Shown: positions 26,758-36,191 of the stretch, in pieces
How positions within the stretch are numbered: the first letter of the stretch is position 1
Layout of the letters: every line of letters starts with the position of its first letter
Source of the DNA: Oscillospiraceae bacterium
GTDB taxonomy: Bacteria > Bacillota > Clostridia > Oscillospirales > Ruminococcaceae
Direction of reading: 5' to 3'
DNA length: 64,000 nucleotides
NCBI GenBank assembly: GCA_045546475.1
Contig: JAZQCT010000054.1
Span: 3,342 to 67,341 of the forward strand
Position numbers and translations under genes: made by a program
Notes under the pieces: model-generated
Database searches by the model: none
The model's input: only the letters and a program-made list of their open reading frames with translations
Told to the model about the DNA's origin: nothing

Positions 26758-29340
26758 ATGCAATCTATTAAAAAGACAGCGGCATTCCTCACAGCACTCC
26801 TCCTCTGCATGGGGACGGCACCGGCAATGCCGCAGGCGGCGGAACCTGAATCCGCACTGCTTGATATGACAAAATTCACGGTCATGGACGAAAATCTGGC
26901 GCATCTGGGGGCGGATTATCTCAAGGATGCGTCCGTTCTCTTTGATGATCAGGACAAAGTCCCCGCCTCGCCGGAGGATACGAGCGTGGACAGCGAACTC
27001 TGGGAAGCGACAGACCACACGAACTGGAAGCCCAATATGCAGGCATTCGGGGATGATTCGTTCTATATCGACTTCGGGGCGAATTATGTGATCACGGGCA
27101 TCTGCTTTATGGATTCCAACGGCATCAACGAATGGACTGTGGAAAGCGGCGAGCCGTTCGCATGGGAGGAGATCGGGGCATTCACGACCGACTGGTACAA
27201 TGCGTGGCGTGGTCTGACCTTTGACGATCCCCAAGCCACACGCTATCTGCGGTTCTCTACGCCGGCAGGGGACAGCGGCGTGGCGGAGCTTGCGATCTAT
27301 GGCTATTTTGCGTCCGATCTGACCGAAGAACAGCTTGCGAAAACTGCCCCGAAGCCGAACGATTCTGCACAGATCAACCTCACCGCCGGCGGCATCATCG
27401 GCTTCAATGCGTTCATTGACGACCCGATGACGGCGATCATGGCAGGGGGCAATGTCCGTGAATACCATAATTTCAGCTGGCTTCTCGATGCGAGCGGAAA
27501 AACGAAATTCACACAGGGTACATGGGGCGACATGGACAGCTTCTATGCCTCGATGAAAGCACAGAATATCGACATTATCCCGTGCTTTCAGGCGGGCAGT
27601 GCCGTGATTTCCGGCGATGCGGATTCCGTACCGGAAATTCCTGCTGCGGCAGGGGCGGATACCCTCGATCCCGAAAGCTACGCCCTCCATGCGCAGACGC
27701 TCTATCAGGTAGCGGCACGCTACGGACACAATCCCGATGTCGATCCCTCCACGATCAATATCACCGATGCGCAGGAAGTGAAAATCGGCATGGGGCTTCT
27801 GAGCGCACTGGAAAATTCCAACGAGCCGAACAAGGGCTGGGCTGGCAAGGAGAATTATTTCACCCCCTATGAGCTGGCGGCGATGTGTTCAGCGGATTAT
27901 GACGGACACGAGGGAACGATTCCGAATGCCGGCGTGAAAGCCGCCGATCCTGATTTCAAGCTTGCCATGGGCGGACTTGTCGGCACGGCGACCATGATCG
28001 ACTACCTTGATGAAATGAAGCTGTGGTTCGATTATAACCGCACGGACGGGAAATTCGCCGTGGACATCATCAATGTCCATATCGGTCCGGATACTCCGAA
28101 TCCAGAGGACAGCGGCTTTGTGGACAGGATCCATGCCCTGCAGAACTGGATCGACGAGAATGCACCGGGCACGGAACTGTGGATCTCGGAATTTGAGGTC
28201 GTCATGTCCGACTGTGAGGCCGAGGGTGTGGATAACCATGACAATGAGAATTTCCAGCGGAAATATGCCCAGAGAGTGGCGAGAACCTACCTTGCCGCCA
28301 TCGCAGAGGGCGTGGACAGAGTGTCCAAATTCCAGCTGCGTGACGAGGGCGAGGGCGTGTACTACGATTCCGGTCTGGTCACCCAGAAGGGCAGCTGGGA
28401 GAAGAAAACGGCGTGGTACTACGTTTCCTGCATGACGGATGTGCTCGAAAACGCCGATTTTACGGAAGATCTCTCCGCTGACGGTGTATCCTGCTATGCG
28501 TTCACCGACCGGAACACGGGGGAGAAGATCTACTGCCTCTGGTCGCCGACAAATGAGGATAGGGTGATTGCGGATCATACCCTTTCCATCGGGGATGCGG
28601 CATATGCGTATCTCACCGTGCCGTCGGAATATGCGGAGGGAACGGTTTCAGAAATGGCTGTATCCGGAGGAAAGGTGACACTTGATGTCACGGAGACACC
28701 GGTATTCGTCAGAGCCGCCGCAAATCGTGAGCAGATCATCAACGGCAGGGGAATGTATCTTGCGCCGGATGCCATCTGCCTGAATGCGGATTTCACAGGG
28801 GAAACCAATGACCTGAACGCCGCACCGGAGGATACAACGCTGAACCAGTTCTACCGGATGTTTGACGAACCGCAGACCATGCCGGAGATGATCTACGGCA
28901 GTACTGCCGGACTGGAAACCCCCTCGACGAATGTGACCGCCGGCAATATCACCTGCTATGCGAAATTTGACCAGCCCTGCGTGTTCACGGGCTTCGGGGT
29001 GTATGATACCTACGGGACGGGCGGCATTTCGGTGTACGATGCCCATACGGATGCCCTTCTGTGGTCGAGTGATCTGGGCGGCTATATGTACCGTGCCATG
29101 ACGCTGACGGAGGATTCCGCACCGACGGATCTGCTGAAGATCGTCAAGAACGGCGGCGATCTCAACGAGCTTGCATTCTATGGCTATGCCGCACCGCAGG
29201 CATTCGATTTGGATGTGAACGGTGACGGTCATGTGAACGGATTTGATCTTGCAGAAGCGAAGATGCGCTTCCATCGGGGAGCATTTTCCGGTACGGTGGC
29301 GGATATTGTGCGGATTCAGCGATTTCTGCTGGGGAGATAG
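26758..29340 (+). CDS. Secreted clan GH-A-like glycoside hydrolase with discoidin/CBM32-like modules and degenerate C-terminal dockerin
   Basis: SD aaaggtgg before ATG 26758. Signal peptide. ALENSNEPN and ELWISEFE as candidate acid/base and nucleophile. C-terminal DVNGDGHVNGFDLAEAK. GH family not assignable by eye. Confidence 0.55.
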   Translation: MQSIKKTAAFLTALLLCMGTAPAMPQAAEPESALLDMTKFTVMDENLAHLGADYLKDASVLFDDQDKVPASPEDTSVDSELWEATDHTNWKPNMQAFGDDSFYIDFGANYVITGICFMDSNGINEWTVESGEPFAWEEIGAFTTDWYNAWRGLTFDDPQATRYLRFSTPAGDSGVAELAIYGYFASDLTEEQLAKTAPKPNDSAQINLTAGGIIGFNAFIDDPMTAIMAGGNVREYHNFSWLLDASGKTKFTQGTWGDMDSFYASMKAQNIDIIPCFQAGSAVISGDADSVPEIPAAAGADTLDPESYALHAQTLYQVAARYGHNPDVDPSTINITDAQEVKIGMGLLSALENSNEPNKGWAGKENYFTPYELAAMCSADYDGHEGTIPNAGVKAADPDFKLAMGGLVGTATMIDYLDEMKLWFDYNRTDGKFAVDIINVHIGPDTPNPEDSGFVDRIHALQNWIDENAPGTELWISEFEVVMSDCEAEGVDNHDNENFQRKYAQRVARTYLAAIAEGVDRVSKFQLRDEGEGVYYDSGLVTQKGSWEKKTAWYYVSCMTDVLENADFTEDLSADGVSCYAFTDRNTGEKIYCLWSPTNEDRVIADHTLSIGDAAYAYLTVPSEYAEGTVSEMAVSGGKVTLDVTETPVFVRAAANREQIINGRGMYLAPDAICLNADFTGETNDLNAAPEDTTLNQFYRMFDEPQTMPEMIYGSTAGLETPSTNVTAGNITCYAKFDQPCVFTGFGVYDTYGTGGISVYDAHTDALLWSSDLGGYMYRAMTLTEDSAPTDLLKIVKNGGDLNELAFYGYAAPQAFDLDVNGDGHVNGFDLAEAKMRFHRGAFSGTVADIVRIQRFLLGR

Positions 29341-29369
29341 TTGCATTTTGTGCTGTGATATGCTATAAT
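29341..29369 (+). promoter_or_regulatory. SigA-type promoter of lipoprotein 29453
   Basis: TTGCAT-17-TATAAT. Confidence 0.5.
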
Positions 29370-29452
29370 AAAAAGACGGAGTACACTGCTCTGCCTTTTA
29401 TCATAGATATGGGAAATACATTCCTGCACCTGATGCAGAAAAGGAGTATATT

Positions 29453-30322
29453 ATGTTCAAAAAATCCGCAGCAATCTTCCTCTGCCTGATGCTGACCGCC
29501 GGCTTTGCCGGATGCAATGGCAGCGGCGCAGATTCGTCCATGCCGGAAACCGCTGCCCCGACCGAAGCACCTGTTTCCAGAAATCTCTGCTACATCACCG
29601 GAAACGGCACGACCGATCCCGATGAGATCTCTGCGTTCACCGCAGACCTCGAAGCCGGTGGCTTTGTCTGGAACGAATCCACATTCTCCGATATTCCGGC
29701 GGATACCGATGCCGTCATTCTCAATTCACCCACGGAGGATCTCACAAGGGACGATATGGAGGCGCTCAATGCCTATATGGATGAGGGCGGTCATCTCCTC
29801 CTTCTCCTGCCGGCATATGAGGGCGAAGTGCGCTTCAAGTATCTTTCGCAGTTCCTTGAACCGTACTGCATTTCGTTTGACTATAACCGCATCAGCGAAA
29901 CTGATATGTCCCGTACTATCGGTGAGGATGCGTATTTCATCCAGACCGGATACATCGCACGCCCCGATAACATGCCCCTCTATTCCTCTGTACAGGAAAG
30001 CGGCATTGTCTATCTCGAAAATGCCAGAGGCTTCCACTTCCTCTATCAGGATCATTTCAGCCGTGTCAAGCAGGATGTGATCCTCAAAACTGCTGATTCT
30101 GTTGTCGGTGAACCCTATGGCGGTGCCGAGGACGATCCCCTGACCTACGAGAATACTGCCCTCGATGTGATGGGCTATGCAAGGCATGAGGAAAATGCCA
30201 ATGCCTCCATCGTCTATGCCGGTGCATCCAGCTTCCTCGAAAATGCCAATTATTCCGCAGAAACCTCCGCTGCCCCGACCGCATGGGTGCGCAGTGCACT
30301 TGATTGGTTTATGCTATATTAA
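29453..30322 (+). CDS. Hypothetical lipoprotein
   Basis: Lipobox FAGC. Own promoter and SD. No family recognised with confidence. Confidence 0.5.
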   Translation: MFKKSAAIFLCLMLTAGFAGCNGSGADSSMPETAAPTEAPVSRNLCYITGNGTTDPDEISAFTADLEAGGFVWNESTFSDIPADTDAVILNSPTEDLTRDDMEALNAYMDEGGHLLLLLPAYEGEVRFKYLSQFLEPYCISFDYNRISETDMSRTIGEDAYFIQTGYIARPDNMPLYSSVQESGIVYLENARGFHFLYQDHFSRVKQDVILKTADSVVGEPYGGAEDDPLTYENTALDVMGYARHEENANASIVYAGASSFLENANYSAETSAAPTAWVRSALDWFMLY

Positions 30323-30373
30323 CAGGAAAAATTGTTGGAATTTTAAAAAAATGGAACTTTTTACAAAAACCTC

Positions 30374-30402
30374 TTGAAATTCGATAAAAAATGTGCTATA
30401 CT
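30374..30402 (+). promoter_or_regulatory. SigA-type promoter of the FIST/EAL gene
   Basis: TTGAAA-17-TATACT (aatgtgctatact). About 180-nt leader. Confidence 0.5.
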
Positions 30403-30585
30403 GTAAATAGATCAGCTAAAACGTTTAAGGAGCCTAAAAATATACTTTCTTTCGTTTGCGCTGAACAAGCCGAATCACAATTAAACCATGGGAATCTCTG
30501 AACTTGTTTCAGTCTCCGTCCCCATTGGGGACAGATTCCGGACGGCTTTCAGAGGTTGCCGCATATCCATTGTGGGGGTGGAAAC

Positions 30586-33096
30586 ATGAGGACCTGTAAC
30601 CATATCTATTCTACAGTGCCGTATTTCAAATTGTATCTGGAAGAAAACGGCATCGACTTCAGCGCATCAATGCTCGTTCGTATTCATACGGCGGTACACG
30701 ATGCGGAAGCGATGCAGAAGCTTCTTGAGGAGCTGAAGCTGCTTTTGCCGAATGCCGTTTTTGTCGGCTGCAGCAGTCCGGCTGTCATTTTCAATGGCAG
30801 ACGGCTGACGGAGGTCTGCATGATTTCCGTTACCTGCTTCGATGAATCCGAGCCGTGCAGCATGGCAAGCGTGAGCGTCCCCTGTTTTGATGAGGACGGT
30901 CAGCCCGTCGCAGGCGATGTGCTTGCAAGACGCGCAGCGCAGGCTTTGCAGCTGCAGAATACCAGCGGACAGCTTCTGGTGTTCCTGCCGCAGAAGTACT
31001 ATCAGGCATCCCTGTTTGCGGAGACGATCGACGCGCTCTGCCCGGATCTCCGCATGATCGGCGGTGTTGCCAATGACCAGCAGGTACAGTTCAGCAAAGA
31101 AGGCAGGATCGGCGGCATTGATTTTACTCTGTCCGACGAACACTGCGGTTCCGGCTGTCTGTCGGCAGCAGTCGTGACTTCCCCCCAGCTTCGCTGTTTT
31201 GAGGGCTATGCACTCGGTGCGGAAAAGATCAGCGGTTTCGGAACGATCACTGAAAGCCGCGGCAATATCATCCTTTCTGCGGACAACCGCACACCGTATG
31301 AGTGGCTTCGTGAGCTGGGCGGCGACAATATCGACACCGAAAATCTCGGGGTGATCCGTATTTTCCCGCTGATCCGCAAAAAGAATGAGAAATGCGCATG
31401 GCCGATGGCATTCTGCGGCGGTTCTGACAAGCAGGATGCTGCCATGATCATGGACGATATTGCAGTGGGCGAGGAAGTCGCGCTGGGCTATATCAGTCCC
31501 GGCGGCGTAGTGGATGATGTCAACCGTCTCTACCGCAGCCTGAAGCAGCAGCCGAGTGAAACTGTATTTGCTTACAGCTGTACGCTCCGTGCTGAGATCC
31601 TCCAGAACTGCTCCGACTGGGAGCTCAAGCCCCTGAAGCACACCACAGCATCCGGTGCCTTCCTCGGCGGTGAGTTCTTCTATGACGGCAGCCATAACCG
31701 CTTCGGCAACTGCACCTTTGTGGTATCCAGCCTTGCAATGACCGATACCCCGATCCAGCTTGACCTGCAGAAGCTCAGCATTACCCACAACCTCTATCAT
31801 GACAATGAGCATCTGATCGACTTCCTCACGATGTCGGCGGCAAAGGGAGACAACGAGGAGAATTTCTTTTATCAGGAAATGAAATCCCGTCTGTTTACCG
31901 ACCGCAAGCTCCGCCTCGGCAGACTGACGAAGCTGTTCTATGATATTCAGGTGCATAAGATCAATAAGCTCTGCATGATCTCCGCACGCAACTGCTCAGA
32001 AATGATGGCATATGCTGGTTACCGCGCCTATGACCGTCTGACCTGGGATGTGCTGGAACGGATGCAGGAATTTCTGAAGGACTATCATTTCTGGTACTAC
32101 CTTTCCGACCAGGGCGAGCTGATGGTCTCTGCCAACGATGATGTGACCGGTGAGGAGTTCGAACAGCTCATGCGCCGTCTTTACAAGCATCTTACCTCCG
32201 CGGAATACTATCGTATTCAGCCGGTCTATGATTTCTGTCTGGTGCTGAACAAGCGCAATCTCCTGCGCAGCGTCAAGAGTGTACAGACCGCACTGCGCGA
32301 GAGAAGTGACCTGCATTTTCTCGTATACTCCAAGGATATGGGCATGGAGGAAAAGAGTGTGCATGACATCCATATGGTGCATGTCATCAATGATGCGATC
32401 GCCAATGGCGGCGTGCGCCCCTATTACCAGGGCATCCACGACAATACCAAGAAGCGTATCGTCATGTTTGAATCCCTGATGCGTCTGTGCGATGCGGACG
32501 GAAACCTGTATTTCCCGAACGACTTCTTCCCCGTAGCCAAGAAGTACGGTCTGTACGGACAGCTTTCCCGCCAGATGGTTGCCAAGGTCATGGAATATTT
32601 TGAGAACCGCCAGGAGCTTGTGACCATGAACCTTTCCATGCAGGACATTCTCGATCCGCTGATGACGGAGCTGATCTACAGCAATATGCGCACTTCGCGT
32701 CATCCGGAGAACTTCGTATTCGAGGTCGTGGAATCCGAGGAGATCAGCGATTATAAGGCAATGTCAGTATTTGCAGAGCAGATCCACAGCTACGGCGGCA
32801 GGATCGCGCTGGATGATTTTGGCAGCGGTTTCTCCAACCTGATGCATGTGATCGGTCTGGATCTGGACTTCCTCAAGGTGGACGGCGGCATCGTCAAGAA
32901 GATCTGTGATGATTCCAACTGCCGCCAGCTGCTGGAGATGATGTCCATGTGGTGCAGAATGACCAACAAGAAGGTGATCGCCGAATTTGTGGAGAATGAC
33001 GCGATCCAGAAGCTCCTCTGCGCATACCATATCGACTATTCACAGGGCTATCTGTTCTCTAAACCGAATGAGCGTCCGATGGATGGACAGGGATAA
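30586..33096 (+). CDS. FIST-like sensor / degenerate GGDEF-like linker / EAL-domain c-di-GMP phosphodiesterase
   Basis: SD gggggtgg before ATG 30586. EAL signature set FESLMRL, DDFGSGFS, LKVDG, AEFVE, QGYLFSKP. N-terminal FIST call is weaker (MIGGVANDQ). Confidence 0.7.
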   Translation: MRTCNHIYSTVPYFKLYLEENGIDFSASMLVRIHTAVHDAEAMQKLLEELKLLLPNAVFVGCSSPAVIFNGRRLTEVCMISVTCFDESEPCSMASVSVPCFDEDGQPVAGDVLARRAAQALQLQNTSGQLLVFLPQKYYQASLFAETIDALCPDLRMIGGVANDQQVQFSKEGRIGGIDFTLSDEHCGSGCLSAAVVTSPQLRCFEGYALGAEKISGFGTITESRGNIILSADNRTPYEWLRELGGDNIDTENLGVIRIFPLIRKKNEKCAWPMAFCGGSDKQDAAMIMDDIAVGEEVALGYISPGGVVDDVNRLYRSLKQQPSETVFAYSCTLRAEILQNCSDWELKPLKHTTASGAFLGGEFFYDGSHNRFGNCTFVVSSLAMTDTPIQLDLQKLSITHNLYHDNEHLIDFLTMSAAKGDNEENFFYQEMKSRLFTDRKLRLGRLTKLFYDIQVHKINKLCMISARNCSEMMAYAGYRAYDRLTWDVLERMQEFLKDYHFWYYLSDQGELMVSANDDVTGEEFEQLMRRLYKHLTSAEYYRIQPVYDFCLVLNKRNLLRSVKSVQTALRERSDLHFLVYSKDMGMEEKSVHDIHMVHVINDAIANGGVRPYYQGIHDNTKKRIVMFESLMRLCDADGNLYFPNDFFPVAKKYGLYGQLSRQMVAKVMEYFENRQELVTMNLSMQDILDPLMTELIYSNMRTSRHPENFVFEVVESEEISDYKAMSVFAEQIHSYGGRIALDDFGSGFSNLMHVIGLDLDFLKVDGGIVKKICDDSNCRQLLEMMSMWCRMTNKKVIAEFVENDAIQKLLCAYHIDYSQGYLFSKPNERPMDGQG

Positions 33097-33102
33097 ACGA
33101 TA

Positions 33103-33141
33103 AGAGGAGCCGCTGCGCACACGCAGCGGCTCCTTTGTTTT
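33103..33141. terminator. Bidirectional terminator between EAL gene and Cthe_2159-like gene
   Basis: gaggagccgctgcg-caca-cgcagcggctcctt followed by tgtttta. Confidence 0.8.
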
Positions 33142-33149
33142 ATCGCATG

Positions 33150-35246
33150 TTATGAAAACTGAAATTCTCCGGGAAAGCCGCCCAGCGGCGGTTCCATGCC
33201 CTCCGGCATCGTCATATTCTGCGGCGGTTCCATGCCCTCCGGCATTGTCATATCCTGCGGAAGCTCCATACCCTCCGGCATGGTGATGTTTCCGTTTTCA
33301 TCCGTGGGCATCTGCATATCATGACGGCTGCCGCGTCCGCCGCCCATGTCACCGCGTCCGCCGCCAGGGAAGCCGCCGCCCATCATATTCTGGGCTTCAC
33401 CGATGTAGGAAAGGACATTTTCTGCTGTAAAGCTTCCGACTTCCGTGCCGTTCGTGTAAACAGTGTAGGTTTCACCGGATACAAGATCCGGAGAGCTTAC
33501 AATGAAAGAATTGAACTGCTTTGCCGGTGTGTGGGAAATAATCGTTTTGCCGTCAGCATCGCAGATCGTGACCTCTGTGCCGCCCGGCTGGGAAGCGTCA
33601 AGCGTGATGACTGCGGTATTCTGTGTACCGCTGGGGTATTCTGCCATACCGGAGCTTCCTGCGGCAATGAGCAGACCGCCCGTACACTGCATCGTACCGT
33701 TGCCGTCGAGCGCGCCGTTGCCGCTGTTGGTCGGACCGTCCACAATGGCTGTGCCGCCGCTGATGAGCATGTTGCCGTTGGAATCCAGCCCGTCCCCGTC
33801 AGTGTTCACATATACGGAGCCGCCGGCAATTTCCAGCGCAGCACCATCGGAATACACACCCATCGCGCCCTGTGCCGTACCGTCGCTTGCATTGAAGCCG
33901 TCATCGGAGGCAGTGACTGTAATTTCACCATCCAGAACAAGGATGCCTGCCGCTTCAACGCCCTCACCGGACTGCAGCACATGCACCGTACCGCCTGCAA
34001 AATCCGCCTGCGCATCCGCATGGATGCCGTCGCCGCCGGCACGGATCTCTGCCGTGCCGCCGGCAATGATGAGATTGCCGTTGGAATGCAGTCCGTCATC
34101 CGCGGAATCCAGCGTGTATTCGCCGCCTGCAATGTACAGAAGCGTTCCTGCCTTCATCGTTTTGGTGCTGACGGAGGTATCCTCTTCGGAATCTGTTTCG
34201 TCATAATCGCCCCAGTTCCCGAAACCGCCCCAGCCTTCAAAGCCGCCTCGTCCGCCGCCGAAATCATTGTTCATCTGCGGTGCGGCATTGGCAGAGCCGC
34301 CGCCGGCAGTCAGAGTGAAACGACCGCCCTCTGCGATCAATTCTGTTTCTGCCTGGATCGCGTCCTCCTGCGCCGTCACAGTCAGTGTGCCGTCCTGCAC
34401 ATAGATGAAGCCGCGTCCTGCTTCCTCGGCATTGTTGGACTTGATGCCGTCCGCACCAGCGGTAACAGTTATCTCACCGCCGGCAACTGCCACATAATCC
34501 TTGCCCTTGATGCCGTTGCCGACCGCCTCCACATGGATCGTTCCGCCGGTGATCACAATATCATCCTTGGAGGTGATGCCCTCGTTGTAGTTTCCCTTTA
34601 CATATAATGTGCCGCTGCCGTTGAGCGTCAGGCTGTCCGCGCTGAAAATGGCAGCGTCCGGTTCGTTGTCCCCCTCCTGTGCATAGACATAGGCACTGCC
34701 GTCGGAAACGGTGTTTTCTGTACCGTCTGCAAGCGTCAGGAAGCATTTGTCAGCCTGCTGCACATAGATCGGCGCAGAATCCGAACAGGAAAGGGAAGCA
34801 CCATCCAGTACAAGCTGCACCTTGCCGTCCGTATGGATGAGGAACTGCCCGTCCTGGAGTGTACCGGTAATGCGGTATATGCCCTCCTGTGTGATCGTGA
34901 TGTCGCTGCCGTTTGCCGCTGCACCTTCGCCTTCAATGGAAACGCTGTCGCCCAGGCAGGTGATCACCGTATCCGGCGTATCATAGGTACCGCTGAGATC
35001 GCGGTCGGAGAACAGATCGGACAGCGAAGCCGAAAAGGAAGCCGTCTGTGCGGAGAGCAGGGAAGCGGGTGCTTCCTGCTGTTCCTTCTGGGGCTGGGTA
35101 ACGATGCTTGTTTCCGTGGCTTCTGTCTGCGTGGATACAGCAGTCGTGCTTTCCGCGGGCTGTGTGTCACTCTCTGTGCTGCATCCGGTGGCAAGCAGTG
35201 CAAATGCCGCCGCCGCGCCGAATAATTTCTGAAGTCTGAGTTCCAT
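33150..35246 (-). CDS. Cthe_2159-like beta-helix carbohydrate-binding lipoprotein
   Basis: Lipobox ATGC. Repeated DGI(K/H/Q)/DGLDSNG turns of the DUF4353/Cthe_2159 family. C-terminal MPEGME repeats. Confidence 0.6.
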   Translation of the reverse strand: MELRLQKLFGAAAAFALLATGCSTESDTQPAESTTAVSTQTEATETSIVTQPQKEQQEAPASLLSAQTASFSASLSDLFSDRDLSGTYDTPDTVITCLGDSVSIEGEGAAANGSDITITQEGIYRITGTLQDGQFLIHTDGKVQLVLDGASLSCSDSAPIYVQQADKCFLTLADGTENTVSDGSAYVYAQEGDNEPDAAIFSADSLTLNGSGTLYVKGNYNEGITSKDDIVITGGTIHVEAVGNGIKGKDYVAVAGGEITVTAGADGIKSNNAEEAGRGFIYVQDGTLTVTAQEDAIQAETELIAEGGRFTLTAGGGSANAAPQMNNDFGGGRGGFEGWGGFGNWGDYDETDSEEDTSVSTKTMKAGTLLYIAGGEYTLDSADDGLHSNGNLIIAGGTAEIRAGGDGIHADAQADFAGGTVHVLQSGEGVEAAGILVLDGEITVTASDDGFNASDGTAQGAMGVYSDGAALEIAGGSVYVNTDGDGLDSNGNMLISGGTAIVDGPTNSGNGALDGNGTMQCTGGLLIAAGSSGMAEYPSGTQNTAVITLDASQPGGTEVTICDADGKTIISHTPAKQFNSFIVSSPDLVSGETYTVYTNGTEVGSFTAENVLSYIGEAQNMMGGGFPGGGRGDMGGGRGSRHDMQMPTDENGNITMPEGMELPQDMTMPEGMEPPQNMTMPEGMEPPLGGFPGEFQFS
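33191..33298 (-). repeat. Coding tandem repeat (3 x 36 bp) giving MPEGME(L/P)PQ(D/N)MT repeats
   Basis: ggttccatgccctccggcat.gtcatat.ctgcgg. repeated at 33191, 33227 and (degenerate) 33263, inside the 3' end of 33150..35246. Confidence 0.85.
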
Positions 35247-35340
35247 AATAAACACCTTTCTCAATAGATGTCCCAATTCCGGTGTATTCTTTTTCTATTC
35301 TAATCATACAAGCATTTTATGGAAAGCATGTGAAAGATTG

Positions 35341-36042
35341 TTAAAGCTTATCGGAAATCGTATGCTCCGCATTCTGTGCGGGAACGCAGTGCCTTGGTAC
35401 GGCAAGTGTCTTTTCACGTCCCGCCTGCGGCTCCTCCCATGCCTTCTGCAGTCTGTCAGCAAGCTCCAGGCATTTGAATTTCACCTCGTATTTCGGCGCA
35501 TCTTCTAAGATCTCCGCCGTTTCTTCGTCAAAGTACAGTTCCGCTGTTTCCGCATCCGCCGTGACCTCCGCTGCTGCCGGAATGCACAGCGGCGGGTACA
35601 TCACACACCACCAGTTCTTCCCCTCCGCTTCTCCGATGAGAATGCGCAGTGCGTCATAGGTACCGGCTGGCATGGTGATCTCCTCGTACTGCCGCGCGTC
35701 AAATTCCATCTGCACGAGCTGCACTGTCACCTCATCCTCACAGCCGTTTTCCTCCACAACGGACTGTGCAAGCAGACGGATGGTCTCCTGCTGTTCCACG
35801 GCGCGGGCGCGGATCTCTTCCGGTGTATCACATCCGGCAAACAGCTCCTCCGAATGTGCGAGCAGTGCGTCACGCACCATCAGCTTCAGCTCCTGATCCT
35901 CGGCAGAATCGGAATCGGCAAGGATATGCAGCCGAAGCACATCCTTCTGCAGCGTATCCACTCGCTTTGCAAAATCCGCAAAGCTGGAACAGAAGATCGC
36001 CCCGATAATTCCCATTACAATTGCAAGCTCCAGTTTTCTCAT
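35341..36042 (-). CDS. spoIIR: Stage II sporulation protein R
   Basis: SD gaggtga before ATG 36042. LRLHILADSDS..DQELKL.VRD and NWWCVMYPPLC motifs. Confidence 0.85.
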   Translation of the reverse strand: MRKLELAIVMGIIGAIFCSSFADFAKRVDTLQKDVLRLHILADSDSAEDQELKLMVRDALLAHSEELFAGCDTPEEIRARAVEQQETIRLLAQSVVEENGCEDEVTVQLVQMEFDARQYEEITMPAGTYDALRILIGEAEGKNWWCVMYPPLCIPAAAEVTADAETAELYFDEETAEILEDAPKYEVKFKCLELADRLQKAWEEPQAGREKTLAVPRHCVPAQNAEHTISDKL

Positions 36043-36116
36043 ACAAATCACCTCAGCAGAAGTGTGGGCAGGCGGAGGAAAAATTATACAGGGGAGGGAC
36101 GTTTTTTTAAAAACAC

Positions 36117-36145
36117 TTGCATTCATACGAAAAATATTGTATGAT
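36117..36145 (+). promoter_or_regulatory. SigA-type promoter of pdp
   Basis: TTGCAT-17-TATGAT. Confidence 0.4.
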
Positions 36146-36191
36146 ATACTTATAGGCAAACTACAAAGAACCATAGAAAGGCGGCAGAGTT

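Noticed and set aside
30403-30585. c-di-GMP riboswitch upstream of the EAL gene, and an NAD+ riboswitch upstream of nadA (61314..61537).
   Set aside because: I could not recognise the conserved cores of these classes by eye. The nadA leader is explained by the MITE insertion. An Infernal/Rfam scan is needed, so they are reported only as structured leaders.
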